The position numbers were made by a program, and so were the translations under genes. This document shows positions 40,033 through 54,001 of a stretch of 64,000 bases of DNA, in pieces. Below the pieces are notes generated by a model. The model was not told the DNA's origin, ran no database searches, and saw only the letters and a program-made list of their open reading frames with translations. This DNA comes from Escherichia phage vB_EcoM-813R1. Within the stretch, counting starts at the first letter, position 1; each line of letters begins with the position of its first letter. The DNA is taken from sequence record ON470617.2. One strand, 5' to 3'.

Positions 40033-41103
40033 TCAGCCAACAGTGCTCGTGCAAATCTCTTGGTGGTTTTTCGACAAATGCCTCTTCAGCCACATCCTGC
40101 CAGGGATTTGTTTAGCCCATTCAGCTATAGCGTTATGGTTTGCCGAGAATAACGGTATTGTATAGGCCTTCAGCCAGTCTAATGTGCTGGAGTTGTGTTT
40201 TTGAGCGTGATGTTTCGCATGGTGTTTGGCGATCACGATCGTAGGCACTACCCATTTACTACCGTCAGTCATTGTGAAGTGCATATTACGGGGAACAGAT
40301 GACTTTTCCATCAACTCCCGAATCCCGGGAAATTTCCCCAAGATCAATCGGCGATATTCATCGCTATTGCGCCCACCAAACTCTTTGGCTTTGAATTCAA
40401 GATATGCTTCAGAAACGAGAGGTGAATCCTCTGTGTTTAGAGTTATCGCCGTGAAAAAACCAGCAGGATTGTTTTTACTATGGGCCAACCGGTGATGCGA
40501 ATCATAAAAGTACCCTTTCTCGCGTTCCGATGGTTTCGACAGCAACAGCAGGCGCGAGTCATAATTGGTTAAATTGCCAGTTATCACTGCATGAGCGCGA
40601 TCGCTGATTTCCGCCGAGTTAATAACGATGAAAAGATCGTGCGGTCCAGTAAAACCAGCCAGAGACTCTTCGTTATTCAGACAATAGGTTATATAGACGC
40701 ATCCCCATGTTTCACTGATATGCACCAACCCTTTGTCAGGGTGTATTCTGAAATAATTGCCAAGAAAAGGGTGTTTTTGGGTAACTCGCTCCCAATAACG
40801 GAACATATAGTCAATTATTGTTTTTCGACTATCGTTAATCGCAGGAGAAACAACCACTGTACGGGAACACGAATACAGTATTGTTTGCAGGATGCTAATC
40901 ACTGCCACAATAGAGGTTTCCCCAATACCATGTGGTGTGGTGGCAGTGACTTTGGCTCCGGTGTTCTTTATCGCGTTAATAATTTTTGCTTGATGAGGTG
41001 TTAACTCAATATCAAGCAACTCTTTTGCTGCCAGTTCCCAATTGTCTTTATACCGTTCTATCAGTGCTAACCAGGCAGATTCATTCTGTATACGATTAAT
41101 CAC
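40033..41103 (-). CDS. Hypothetical protein with degenerate P-loop, terminase-large-subunit-like N-terminal region
   Basis: 356-aa ORF; N-terminal TPHQAKIINAI...TATTPHGIGETSIVAV resembles a Walker-A region with Thr in place of Lys; the last about 70 aa are His/Lys-rich and low-complexity (possible frame error). Confidence 0.3.
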   Translation of the reverse strand: MINRIQNESAWLALIERYKDNWELAAKELLDIELTPHQAKIINAIKNTGAKVTATTPHGIGETSIVAVISILQTILYSCSRTVVVSPAINDSRKTIIDYMFRYWERVTQKHPFLGNYFRIHPDKGLVHISETWGCVYITYCLNNEESLAGFTGPHDLFIVINSAEISDRAHAVITGNLTNYDSRLLLLSKPSEREKGYFYDSHHRLAHSKNNPAGFFTAITLNTEDSPLVSEAYLEFKAKEFGGRNSDEYRRLILGKFPGIRELMEKSSVPRNMHFTMTDGSKWVVPTIVIAKHHAKHHAQKHNSSTLDWLKAYTIPLFSANHNAIAEWAKQIPGRMWLKRHLSKNHQEICTSTVG

Positions 41104-41883
41104 TTTCCACCTCTTCCGTGGTGTTTTCTTGCAGTTCTGTTAATGCAGCACGACATAGGTTCCGGGCATTGGCTATAGCCACACTTTTGACTTCATCCGT
41201 CATCGTGCAGGTAATGTACTGATCGAGTTCTTCAGCGCGGATGATGCTTTTGCCAATCAGAAACTGTATTTGCCATAGCAGATCGGCATCCATAATCAGA
41301 ATTTCTGCCGGGCCTTCAGGGCCAGCCGGGAAGGAAACATAAGACTGTTTGCCCAGGCCGACAACTCGACAACTTGCTTCAAGAATTGCGCGCTTGAGGT
41401 CTGACTTTATAACGGAAACAGGTTGATTTTCACCAGTGATTACGCCGTTGACATGGAAAGGCATGTAGCTTGAAATACGCTCCACTTTCCACACGCCAGC
41501 AAGCGATCCTTCATGCAGCACAATGGGGGTAACCGCGAGTTTCATCTCACCATATAACTGCTGGCAGATAGCTGGATTGCTGAATACATCTAAAGGCTCA
41601 CATTCAAACAGCGGCGCAATCTGCATGAGGTCCATCATGGTCATCCCTGGGGTACGAGCAGTAATGAATTTGCGCATACCAGTATCCATTGCGCTCCAGA
41701 TTGCTACACCATGCTTTTTGCTCACTTCTTCAGTAAAGCCAAGGTGGCACATGATGGTTTTTTCGATAGCCAGATCGGAGATAGAAACCTTTTCGCCAGG
41801 TACACCATCATTATTGATGGTCACTTCGACACTCTGGCCATTACGCAGGCGGTATTGAATTGTTTTAGTATTTTGTGCTGCCA
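41096..41883 (-). CDS. Hypothetical protein (about 262 aa)
   Basis: ORF 41096-42004, probable start MAAQNTKTIQ at 41883; overlaps the downstream gene start by 8 nt; no recognisable motif. Confidence 0.3.
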
Positions 41884-42086
41884 TAGTCTTTTCTCTGCTT
41901 AAAAACTGATGTATTGCGCCTTCAGGTGGGTCAGGAATGTTTTCCCACCAGCGAAAGCAATATCTCGGGGTGTTCTGTTCGTTAAAAACGCGTTCCATTG
42001 CCAACTTTGGCGTTTTTTAGCGAGTTCGTGCTTTTGTTGGCGTTTGGACCACCGCTTTTCTTTCAGTCGTTTTTTACTCATAAACT

Positions 42087-42575
42087 CTAAAACGGAATAT
42101 CGTCTTCAAAGTCCATTGGAGGTTCGTTATTGGCGCTGCTCTGAGGTTTGCCACCACCGCTGTATTGCTGGTGGTTTTGAGGTTGGTTTGACTGCCCCCA
42201 GCCATTTGAGGACTGTGAATCGTCGCGGCGAGCGCCGATCATTTGCATGGTGCCGCCCTGGCTGACGATAATTTCCGTCGTGTAACGTTCTACACCGGCG
42301 TCATCTGCCCACTTACGGGTTTTAAGTTTCCCTTCGATGTAGACCTGAGAACCTTTTCGTAAATACTCACTCGCAATTTCAGCAAGTTTTCCGAACAAAA
42401 CGACTTTATGCCATTCTGTTTGCTCTTTCTGTTGGCCCGTTTGCTTGTCGCGCCATGATTCATTCGTTGCGATGCTGAGTCTTCCGACCGCGCCGCCATT
42501 TGGTATATACCTGATCTCCGGGTCTTGCCCCAGGGTGCCAATCAGGATGACTTTGTTTACACCGCGTTGTGCCAC
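42087..42575 (-). CDS. ssb: Single-stranded DNA-binding protein
   Basis: 162-aa ORF with OB-fold core ([23 protein letters not shown]...) and the acidic C-terminal tail DFEDDIPF diagnostic of SSB. Confidence 0.92.
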   Translation of the reverse strand: MAQRGVNKVILIGTLGQDPEIRYIPNGGAVGRLSIATNESWRDKQTGQQKEQTEWHKVVLFGKLAEIASEYLRKGSQVYIEGKLKTRKWADDAGVERYTTEIIVSQGGTMQMIGARRDDSQSSNGWGQSNQPQNHQQYSGGGKPQSSANNEPPMDFEDDIPF

Positions 42576-42594
42576 TTATCTTACCTAATAAAAT

Positions 42595-42611
42595 AAATTA
42601 ATTAGAGCAAT
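42595..42611 (-). promoter_or_regulatory. C1 operator (16/17) in the ssb/lyz divergent promoter region
   Basis: Top strand aaattaattagagcaat, 20 bp upstream of the ssb start. Confidence 0.6.
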
Positions 42612-42744
42612 AATGTATATCTTTGAAACGTAGCTAACAAGTGATTTGCATTATCCTGTGCCTTCTAAAGGGATCGAGTCAGTCGGTATTGGCTGTGAAT
42701 GGGTGTTTGTCCTGGAGCGTAAAAAATTCGCTTATGAGGTCTTT

Positions 42745-43302
42745 ATGAAGGGAAAAACAGCCGCAGGAGGCGGTGCAATTTGCGCTATCGCGGTGATGAT
42801 TACCATCGTGATGGGTAATGGCAATGTGCGAACCAACCAGGCGGGGCTTGAGCTGATTGGTAACGCTGAAGGTTGCCGACGTGATCCATACATGTGCCCG
42901 GCGGGGGTATGGACTGACGGGATCGGTAATACACACGGAGTAACGCCGGGTGTGCGAAAAACCGACCAGCAAATCGCCGCTGATTGGGAAAAGAATATCC
43001 TGATCGCTGAACGCTGTATTAATCAGCACTTTCGGGGCAAAGACATGCCCGATAATGCCTTTAGCGCAATGACAAGCGCGGCATTCAATATGGGATGCAA
43101 TAGTTTACGGACCTACTACAGCAAAGCGCGAGGCATGCGAGTAGAAACGTCCATCCACAAGTGGGCGCAGAAAGGAGAATGGGTGAATATGTGTAACCAT
43201 CTCCCTGATTTCGTGAACAGTAACGGCGTGCCCCTGCGAGGTTTAAAGATTCGCCGTGAAAAAGAACGCCAGCTTTGCCTGACGGGACTGGTCAATGAAT
43301 AA
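42745..43302 (+). CDS. lyz: SAR endolysin (T4-lysozyme-like muramidase with N-terminal signal-anchor-release domain)
   Basis: Start MKGKTAAGGGAICAIAVMITIVMG (Gly/Ala-rich weakly hydrophobic SAR segment) followed by catalytic E..D..T triad region ELIGNAEGCRRDPY...DGIGNT. Confidence 0.8.
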   Translation: MKGKTAAGGGAICAIAVMITIVMGNGNVRTNQAGLELIGNAEGCRRDPYMCPAGVWTDGIGNTHGVTPGVRKTDQQIAADWEKNILIAERCINQHFRGKDMPDNAFSAMTSAAFNMGCNSLRTYYSKARGMRVETSIHKWAQKGEWVNMCNHLPDFVNSNGVPLRGLKIRREKERQLCLTGLVNE

Positions 43303-43549
43303 ACTCCGGCAGCTCCGCCGACTTTCGACAATGAAGTTATCGCTGGCGGCGATAGTTTTCGACTCGATTTTCATGGCGGTATATGTGCTCAATGAGACGT
43401 GGCCACTGGAACCGCTATTATATGCCGGGCTTCGGCTGTGCCTGACATTTTTGAGCATGGCTGCAAGATTGATGCAGCAGAAAGAAACCGCTTCAGATTG
43501 CCCACGTCGCGCGGTGCGAAAATATATGGCACGCAGACGAAGGCGATAA
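43295..43549 (+). CDS. Small membrane protein with Arg-rich C-terminus
   Basis: 84-aa ORF overlapping the lyz stop; hydrophobic core, C-terminal RKYMARRRRR; terminator follows. Confidence 0.3.
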   Translation: MNKLRQLRRLSTMKLSLAAIVFDSIFMAVYVLNETWPLEPLLYAGLRLCLTFLSMAARLMQQKETASDCPRRAVRKYMARRRRR

Positions 43550-43560
43550 TAGTTAACGAG

Positions 43561-43590
43561 AACCCCGGCAGCCGCCGGGGTTATTTTTGA
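43561..43590. terminator. Bidirectional rho-independent terminator
   Basis: AACCCCGGCagccGCCGGGGTTatttttg between convergent genes. Confidence 0.65.
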
Positions 43591-43593
43591 TGG

Positions 43594-46324
<2,731 letters not shown>

Positions 46325-46390
46325 TTAATTAGAATAATTCGCATCGTGTTTGAACGGAATTTAACACTAGTCACTTGTTAAGGATTACCA

Positions 46391-49300
46391 ATGAACAAGC
46401 TATCTATGGGGGTGTTTCGCTGTTCAAGTGTCAGCGAAATATTGAAATACATTAGGGCAATAACATCTCACCGAGCGCCGATTAGATACGGCGTGGAAAA
46501 GGTGGAAGGCAAAAGCTATGACCGACTACGCCGGGAGGCGAATCAGAAGGCGATTGATTTGCTTAATTCGCTGGTGGACGGCGCGACACTGACAGATGAA
46601 CAGCGCCAGATCCTGGCTGGGTACACCGGTGAAGGCGGCATTGGCGGGTCCGTCTCCGAATATTACACACCAAAGCCGATCGCTGAAGGTGTCTGGGAGA
46701 TCATGAAGCTCTACGGCGCGGACGTAGGTAACACTCTGGAACCATCGGCGGGAACCGGCGTTTTTAATGAGACAAAACCGGTTGGTACGGTGATGACCGC
46801 GACTGAGATCAGCAGTGTTTCCGGTCGTATAAACCAGCTGTTACATCCGGAAGACAGCGTACAGATTTCCCCGTTCGAACAACTGGCTGTAAGCACGCCT
46901 AACGATTCATTCGACCATGTGGTGGGTAACGTTCCGTTCGGTGGTCGTGATAACACACGCAACATCGATAAACCTTACGCAGAAGAAACGGACATGGGGT
47001 CTTACTTCATGCTCCGCATGTTGGACAAGATAAAGCCTGGCGGATTCATGTGCGTGATTGTGCCGCCGTCCATTGTTTCAGGTTCAAACATGAAGCGGTT
47101 ACGCCTGCGTCTATCCCGTAAAGCTAAATTTCTTGGCGCTCACCGCTTGCCTACCGGTACTTTTGACGCAAACGGGACCAGTACGGTCGTTGATGTGGTG
47201 CTGATGCGTAAACATCCGGCAGAGATGGCTGAGAAAATCCCCTGGTGGATGAAGGCACTCTTGAATCGGCAAATGTGCTTTGGCCAACGTTTATTTCTGG
47301 CAAGTGGTTTGAAAAGGACGGCCGCCGGTTTGTTCATGGTACTCAGGAGAAGGGATTCCAGGGCGTATTGAGGTTCGTGCCGACGGGCAGATTGATAACC
47401 TGGCTCTTAAAGCGAAGCTGATTCATCGTTTCGAAAGTCGTATCGACTGGTCTTTGCTCGATATGGCTGAACCGTCACCGACCGCAGATGTTGTTGATGA
47501 AGGGGAAATGCGCCTGATTAATGGCGTATGGCAAAAATATGCTGGTGGTCGCTGGATTGAAGCTGATGCCGGGAAGGAGCTGAAGATTGATGTTGCCAGT
47601 TATGGCGCGGATAGCTGGGAGGCTCTTCAGCGTAACCTGACTACCACAGAAGGTCGTCTCGGCATGACATTTACCCAGATGGCAAATGTCCGCGATAAGT
47701 ACACCACATCAATCAGCGACGATATGGTGCAACTGGTGGACTGGATTAACAGCCAGCCTGAAAAATACCGTGAACGCTTGTATCGCGGGGCGATGATTGG
47801 CCGGATGTTAATTGAATATCAGGATATGAAGGCCGCCGGGCATAGTGCTGAACAAATCGAACAGCAGCGCCTTTCTCTGGTATCCCGTTTGCAGGCAGAG
47901 ATTGACCGCTTTGGTAATCCTGGTCGCGGTCCTATAGCGAAATTGTCGGGGAGCGGTGCGCGCGCCTGGTTTGCTTTCCGTGGTGCGATTAAGCTGGATG
48001 GCACTATTTCAGACGAGCTGACAGGAAAGCTGGTTACGCATGACTCCAGCGCCAGTTATGACTCCACCAGCTATCAGGACACCCTGCGTTATCTCTATAG
48101 CGATCTTACCCGCGATCCAATCCAGCTCGATGATTTCCGCCTTGCGTTTACCGGCGAACTGCCAGCCAGTGATGACGAGTTGCTTAATTTATTGGCCAGC
48201 ACCCTGGTATTGCGGTTTCACCGTATGGCGGGATTGTTCCGTTTGCCCGCGCCACCAGCGGCGACATTAACGAGATAGTGGCTCCAAAACAGGAATTCCT
48301 CGCCACGCTCCCCGACGGTCCAGTAAAGAACAACGTCCTTAATCAGCTGGCAGCGATCGAAGAGAAGCGCATCAAGACGCCAGCAGAGAATATCCGGTTT
48401 AAGCTCAATAGCCGTTGGTTCGACCGTTCCGTCATTCTGGAATTTTTGCAGGAAAACGGCTATCCGGATCTGCGCTATGTGCAGTCAGTGCAGCTGGAAG
48501 GCGACGAAATGGTTTCTGACACCTATCACGGTGGTGATGGCCTGTTCGTAGGACACCGATACGGTGTCGTCCAGCGCAAGGATAAAGAAACAGGCGAGAT
48601 CCGCTACGAGTGGGACCGTAAATCAGGTGAAAACGCGACCGGGTTCCCGGCACAGCTGGAAAAGTATCTCAATGGTGCGCGTATCGGTGGCAAAGATAGC
48701 GCGACGGCGAACGGCTACCGCGAGCAGATGGCACTGCTTGAGGACCAGTTCAATAAGTGGATCAAGACGCACGATCGCTACGATGAGTTGGTTGCCAAAT
48801 ACAACGATGTGTTCAATAGCAATATCCCGTATGAACACTCTGGCGATCCGCTTGGGTTGAAGGGATTAAGCGGTAAGCGCCAGCCATTTGATTACCAGAA
48901 TAGCGAGGTGCGCCGACTGTCCGAAGATGGGCGCGGCATCCTGGGCTTCGGCACCGGGCTGGGTAAAACGACGACCGCGCTGGCGCTTGAGGCGTTCAAC
49001 TATGAGAACGGTCGCTCCACCCGTACTGCTTATGTAGTGCCTAAAGCAGTGCTGGAAAACTGGTATTACGAAGCAAAAGAGTTCCTGAGTGAAGAGGCAT
49101 TCAGTAACTACCTGTTCGTCGGTCTTGATGTGCTGATGGATGGCGATCAGATTCGCCAGGTGCCGGTGCTCGATGAGAACGGTAAACCTGTTCTTGGTAC
49201 TGATGGCACTCCAGTTATGCGCGATGCTCTTAAGCTGGCAGATGAAGCCACTATCACGGCGCGGATGAACGCGATCCCGCACTCAAATTACCGTGCAGTC

Positions 49301-52300
49301 GTGTTTACCAAAGAACAATACGCCCGCATTCCGCTACGTGATGACACCGTAGATGAGCATGCACAGGATATGCTTTATGACTTCGTTGCCGCTGGGCGCG
49401 TAGCCAGCGCAATGGATTCCGATTCCCATCGCAAAGAGGCGGCGCGTCGCCGGGTATTGTCGGAGTATTCAGATACCGGCACCGAAAAAGCAGAGAAGTA
49501 TCCGTACTTTGAGGATATGGGCTTCGATAGTGTGATCGCTGACGAAGGTCACAACTACCGCAATAGCTATAAAAATGGTCGCGAAGCGTCACAACTGGCC
49601 TATCTGCCCACCAGCGCGGTGGCGCAATCGGCGCGGGATATGGCAATTAAAAACGCGTACCTGATGAAAAAGAATGGTGGGCGCGGACCGGTTCTCCTGA
49701 CTGCAACGCCAGTCGTTAACACCCCGATCGATGCATACAACATGCTTTCTCATGTTCTGCCGAAGGAATACTGGCAGAAGATGGGGATCTACGGTCCTGA
49801 TGACTTCGTTAAATTCTTCGGCAAGACCAGGCTGGAAACGGTACAGAAAATCAGCGGTGAAGTTGAAGAAAAATGGCACTGGTGGGCTTTGAAAACCTTG
49901 ATGCGCTGCGCGGTATATTCCATCGCTGGGTAACGCTTAAAACGGCGGAAGACGTTAAGGATACCGTGGAGATCCCGGAACTGGACGAACACCAGCAGGA
50001 TGCACCACTTACTGAAGAACAACTGGCGGCGTATGAAGAATTGCGTCAGCAGGCGGAAGCGGCGGCCAAAGCCAACAATGGCGTAACGACCTCGGTCAAT
50101 GAAGACGGCGTGATTGAGCACGAGAAGGCCCGTCCGATCTTCTCAATAATCAGGGATATGGACCGCGTATGTACTGACATGGACCTGTACTATCGCCGGA
50201 TCACCTATCGTTTCCTGCCGGAGTACGCCGATGCGGTGCAGCAGCTGGCGGACAGTTTGCCTAAACAAGCCACCAGCGAAGACGACGACAGTGATGATTC
50301 AATCACGCAGCAATCGCAATACTCCCTGATAGATAAGGGCGAGTTTATTCAGTTACAGGTTCCGGAAGCGTTCGAGCAGGAAGTGAATAAGCGCCTGGCC
50401 AGGTTTGGCATTGACGAACAGACCGTAACTCACCCCGTTACGCCCAAATACGCGAAGCTGATTGCCACGCTGAAGGAGTTTTTCCCGGAAGGTAAGCAAA
50501 TCATCTTCACCGATGAAAAAACGCAGCACCAGAAGCTCAAGCGCATTATCTGCAATGCTCTTAACCTTGAACCTTCAAAGGTGGGGATACTGAATGCTCA
50601 GACGGTTGCCGAGGCAGGTAAAACCGGTAAGAAACTGAAAGCGGTTAAACCGCCGAAAGAGTTACCGGATGAACCAACAGATGCACAGATAGCGAAATAC
50701 AACGAGCAAATGGCTCTGTATGACGCCTATATCGCGCAGCAAAATGAAATGTCGTTGGGCGGTCTGGAAAAGATTGCAGCCGACTTCCAGGAGGGCCGGA
50801 CTCCGATCATCATCTGCAACAAAAAGGCAGAGGTGGGTATCAACCTGCATCGAGGAACGACTGACATCCATCATCTGACGTTGCCATGGACTCCAGCCAG
50901 TATTGCGCAACGAAACGGTCGCGGTGCCCGAGTTGGCTCCAACCGTGCAAGCGTTCGCGTTCACTACTACTGCGGCAAGGGTTCTTTCGATGAATACCGA
51001 CTGAAGACGCTGAAGCGTAAAGCAGGCTGGATCTCCGATATCCTCCGTTCAGATAAGTCAGAAATGGAGAACGCCGACGCCAACGATATGATCGAAATGC
51101 AGATGTATACCGCTAAGGATGATGGCGAACGTCTGGCAATGATGCAGGTTCAAATGGATAAGGCGAAAGCTGCGAAACGCGCTCGCCAGAAAGAACAGGC
51201 TACTATCGACCTTCAGAACTACATCAAGGTGCAGCACGCAGCTGGTGAGGATGTGGAGGTACTTACCGCTGAATTGGAGCGAAGCAAAGCGGAACTTGAA
51301 AAGACCACCGCCGACGTCGCCAAATTCAAACAGGCGGTAATGGCCAAAGCAGCTGATAACGCAGACTGGAAAGCCCGCTGGGGTAGCGTCCATCACACAG
51401 ACCGTATGTTGTTAGCACAGTATCGCGCGTCGTTGAAAAGCGCCATTCAGCGCAAGGCTAATATCTCTCAGGCCATCTCCCGCTATGAGAAATTATTGAA
51501 CCGTACTCAGAAGGCCGCGACGGATATCAAACGCCTGCGCCCGCAGGTGGAGGATGCAATAAATAAAGGCATTCTGGATGTTGATCCTGATCTGGTTAAC
51601 CATGCGAATGAGTTCCTTGTTATCGGCGATCGCTCATGGCGTGTAGGCCAATACTACGATTGTGCCGGTGATATCGTTCGCATTAAGTCGCTGGACTTCG
51701 ACAGCCAGCGCGCAGACGTGGAGATCATCTTTACCTTCAAAGGCACCAAATCGGGTAACTGGGATGTGAAGACGCTGGATAAACAGGTTGATGTAACTCC
51801 CGATGAAGATGCTGTTATGCAGAAAATCAGTGGTGGCGTCTCCATCGCCGGGATTAACGACATCATTTCCTGTGACGATTTCTACCGTTTCCAGCAGCGC
51901 GGCATGATCAAAATAACTGACTCGTACGGCGTTCAGACTACAGAGTCAGGCTATAGCATTGATTTTGTTGGTACCTATACGGACCCACTGAAGCATGCGG
52001 TTTACCCGGATCGCCGTGACGGCGCGCTGAAGTCGTCAATTGCAAAATGGGTGCTTGGTATGATGTCGGAAGGGAATAACCGCCAGGTCCGTTTGGCAGA
52101 AGTATTCCTGACTGAACTGTTTGGCTCCAATTATGGCGAGGTAATCGCGTCATACGGAGATACTCTATCCCCTGAAGCACTTCAGGAGAAAATAGCGGAT
52201 TCGATCGCCAAAATGCCGGAGAAAACAAGCCAGGGGCTACTCGTAACGGGGATTCTGAACTTGAGGTCACCAATGCTATTTTCGGTACCCATGAGTTCCG

Positions 52301-53153
52301 GGCGTCAGATTATGAGATCACCACAGCACAGTTTGGCACCATTGGCATTTACAGCAATAAAGACGAGATCAAGCAGGCAATGGACGCAGCAAGTGCGCGC
52401 ATTGCAGCAGAACGGAAAGCCAATCTGAATCATGCAGTCGCCGCGCTGACTCAATCGTGGGTAACAGCAATCAGGGAGGCCGCCACCACAGGAAAAATCA
52501 CACCGGCAATTGCGGATGTCGTAAACGACGGCTCTAAATTTATGGATGCCTATAAAATGGATGCGGTGCAGTTGCCATCAGCCTATGGCCAACTCAGCTA
52601 TCGCATAACCTACAACCTGGTATCAATGTTTACTGACCTTGCCATCCTTGGGCTGGTGGACCTTAACGAGGTTACGCCGGAATTACTCAGCATGCGCAAG
52701 AATCATGTGGAGATATTGCAGAGAATTAACACGGTTCTTGCCGGGCGCACCGATGAAGAGAAACAGGCCGACGCTGATCGGATAAACCTGGCCCTTGGCA
52801 ACATCACGGAGGAAGAAATTGCCGCCAGAAACGAGAAACAAGAAGAGTTATCATCAATACAGGGTGATGCCACCAGCATAGCTCAGTCTCTTGGTCTGAA
52901 TTATCGCGTATCCACCGCCGATCTGAAGATGATGTACGCACCAAAATTCGCCGCTGGCGAGGTATTTGGGCTTCAGGAAGCCTCAGGCATGAAAGGCGTT
53001 CTTTTCCGTGCGAAAGACGCAATCAAGGCGAAATTCGGCGCTCGCTGGCTGCCAGCGAAGGCGAAGAACAGCGATTTCCCGGGTAACTGGTGGATTATCG
53101 AGACAAAACACAACGTGGCGGACGTTCTGGCCGTCATCCAACAATACGCATAA
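46391..53153 (+). CDS. darB: DarB-like giant antirestriction protein (N6-adenine methyltransferase domain plus superfamily-2 helicase domain), fragmented into at least five ORFs
   Basis: Total span 6763 nt, about 2254 codons; MTase-like motif VVGNVPFGG (about 46930); helicase motifs GFGTGLGKTTTALA (Walker A), VIADEGHNYRN (motif II), LLTATPVVNTP (motif III). ORFs 46391-47371, 47454-48278, 48278-49933, 49873-52428, 52380-53153. Confidence 0.7.
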
Positions 53154-53186
53154 CAGGAGCGCCCGGTTCGCCGGGCGTCGCATAAT

Positions 53187-53627
53187 ATGGCCACACTATC
53201 TGATACAATAAAACCGAATAAAACATATCTTGAGGCGGTACTGCGTACAGCGTTGTTAGGAAAGACAGAAGACGAATACGTTGATTTCTTCCTGTCAGGG
53301 CTACGCGGGCGATTACTGAAAAATCCCCGCCTGTACCGCAGCTATGGTCCATACTGGCCGGAAATTAAAAAATTATTACTGGAGCGCGGTTATGGTAATT
53401 TCGGTCGTCTCGTTGACCGTGACGTTCGCAAAATTTACCGTTATGACCGCCCGGCGCTAACACTCATAGCCGCGACGCTCTACAGCCAGGAGCGTTTTGA
53501 TAATGGTCAGATATACTCAGCCTGGCATTTACTGCCAGTGCCTGAAGAAGTTGACGACCAGGACTATGAGTTTGAGTCTTACGATTTGGAAGTTGAAGCC
53601 TTGGCACAGGCTGGAGAGAAAACTTGA
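53187..53627 (+). CDS. Hypothetical protein (P1 ulx position)
   Basis: 146-aa intact ORF after the darB hairpin. Confidence 0.3.
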   Translation: MATLSDTIKPNKTYLEAVLRTALLGKTEDEYVDFFLSGLRGRLLKNPRLYRSYGPYWPEIKKLLLERGYGNFGRLVDRDVRKIYRYDRPALTLIAATLYSQERFDNGQIYSAWHLLPVPEEVDDQDYEFESYDLEVEALAQAGEKT

Positions 53628-53842
53628 AAAAGCGATACTACACAGTAAAGCATGGGACGCTACGAGCATTACAAGAGTTTGCTGACAAGCATAACGTTGA
53701 GGTGCGCAGGGAAGGGGGAAGTAAAGCTCTGCGCATGTACCGTCCGGACGGGAAATGGCGTACGGTCGTCGATTTCAAAACTAACAGCGTTCCCAGGGCG
53801 TCCGTGACCGGGCATTCGAAGAATGGGAGCAGATCATCATAG
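53624..53842 (+). CDS. Small basic protein, possibly Lxc-like modulator of C1
   Basis: 72-aa ORF between ulx-position gene and mod; assignment by position only. Confidence 0.3.
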   Translation: MKKRYYTVKHGTLRALQEFADKHNVEVRREGGSKALRMYRPDGKWRTVVDFKTNSVPRASVTGHSKNGSRSS

Positions 53843-54001
53843 ATAATGCATTGCTTCTCAATGCGGATTAAACTTCCCCAAATTATGGCTGTTTGCTCAC
53901 CGAGCATCGCTCAAAGAAGCACGATTCTTCAAACATATAGATAGTGATAGTGCCACAACTTCTGGCTCTAACGGGCTGGGGAGGCGGCGCTTTGTTGCTA
54001 A

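Noticed and set aside
41899-42081. 60-aa highly basic minus-strand ORF immediately downstream of ssb
   Set aside because: Could be a small real gene or the frameshifted N-terminus of the 41096-41883 gene; too short and compositionally biased to call.
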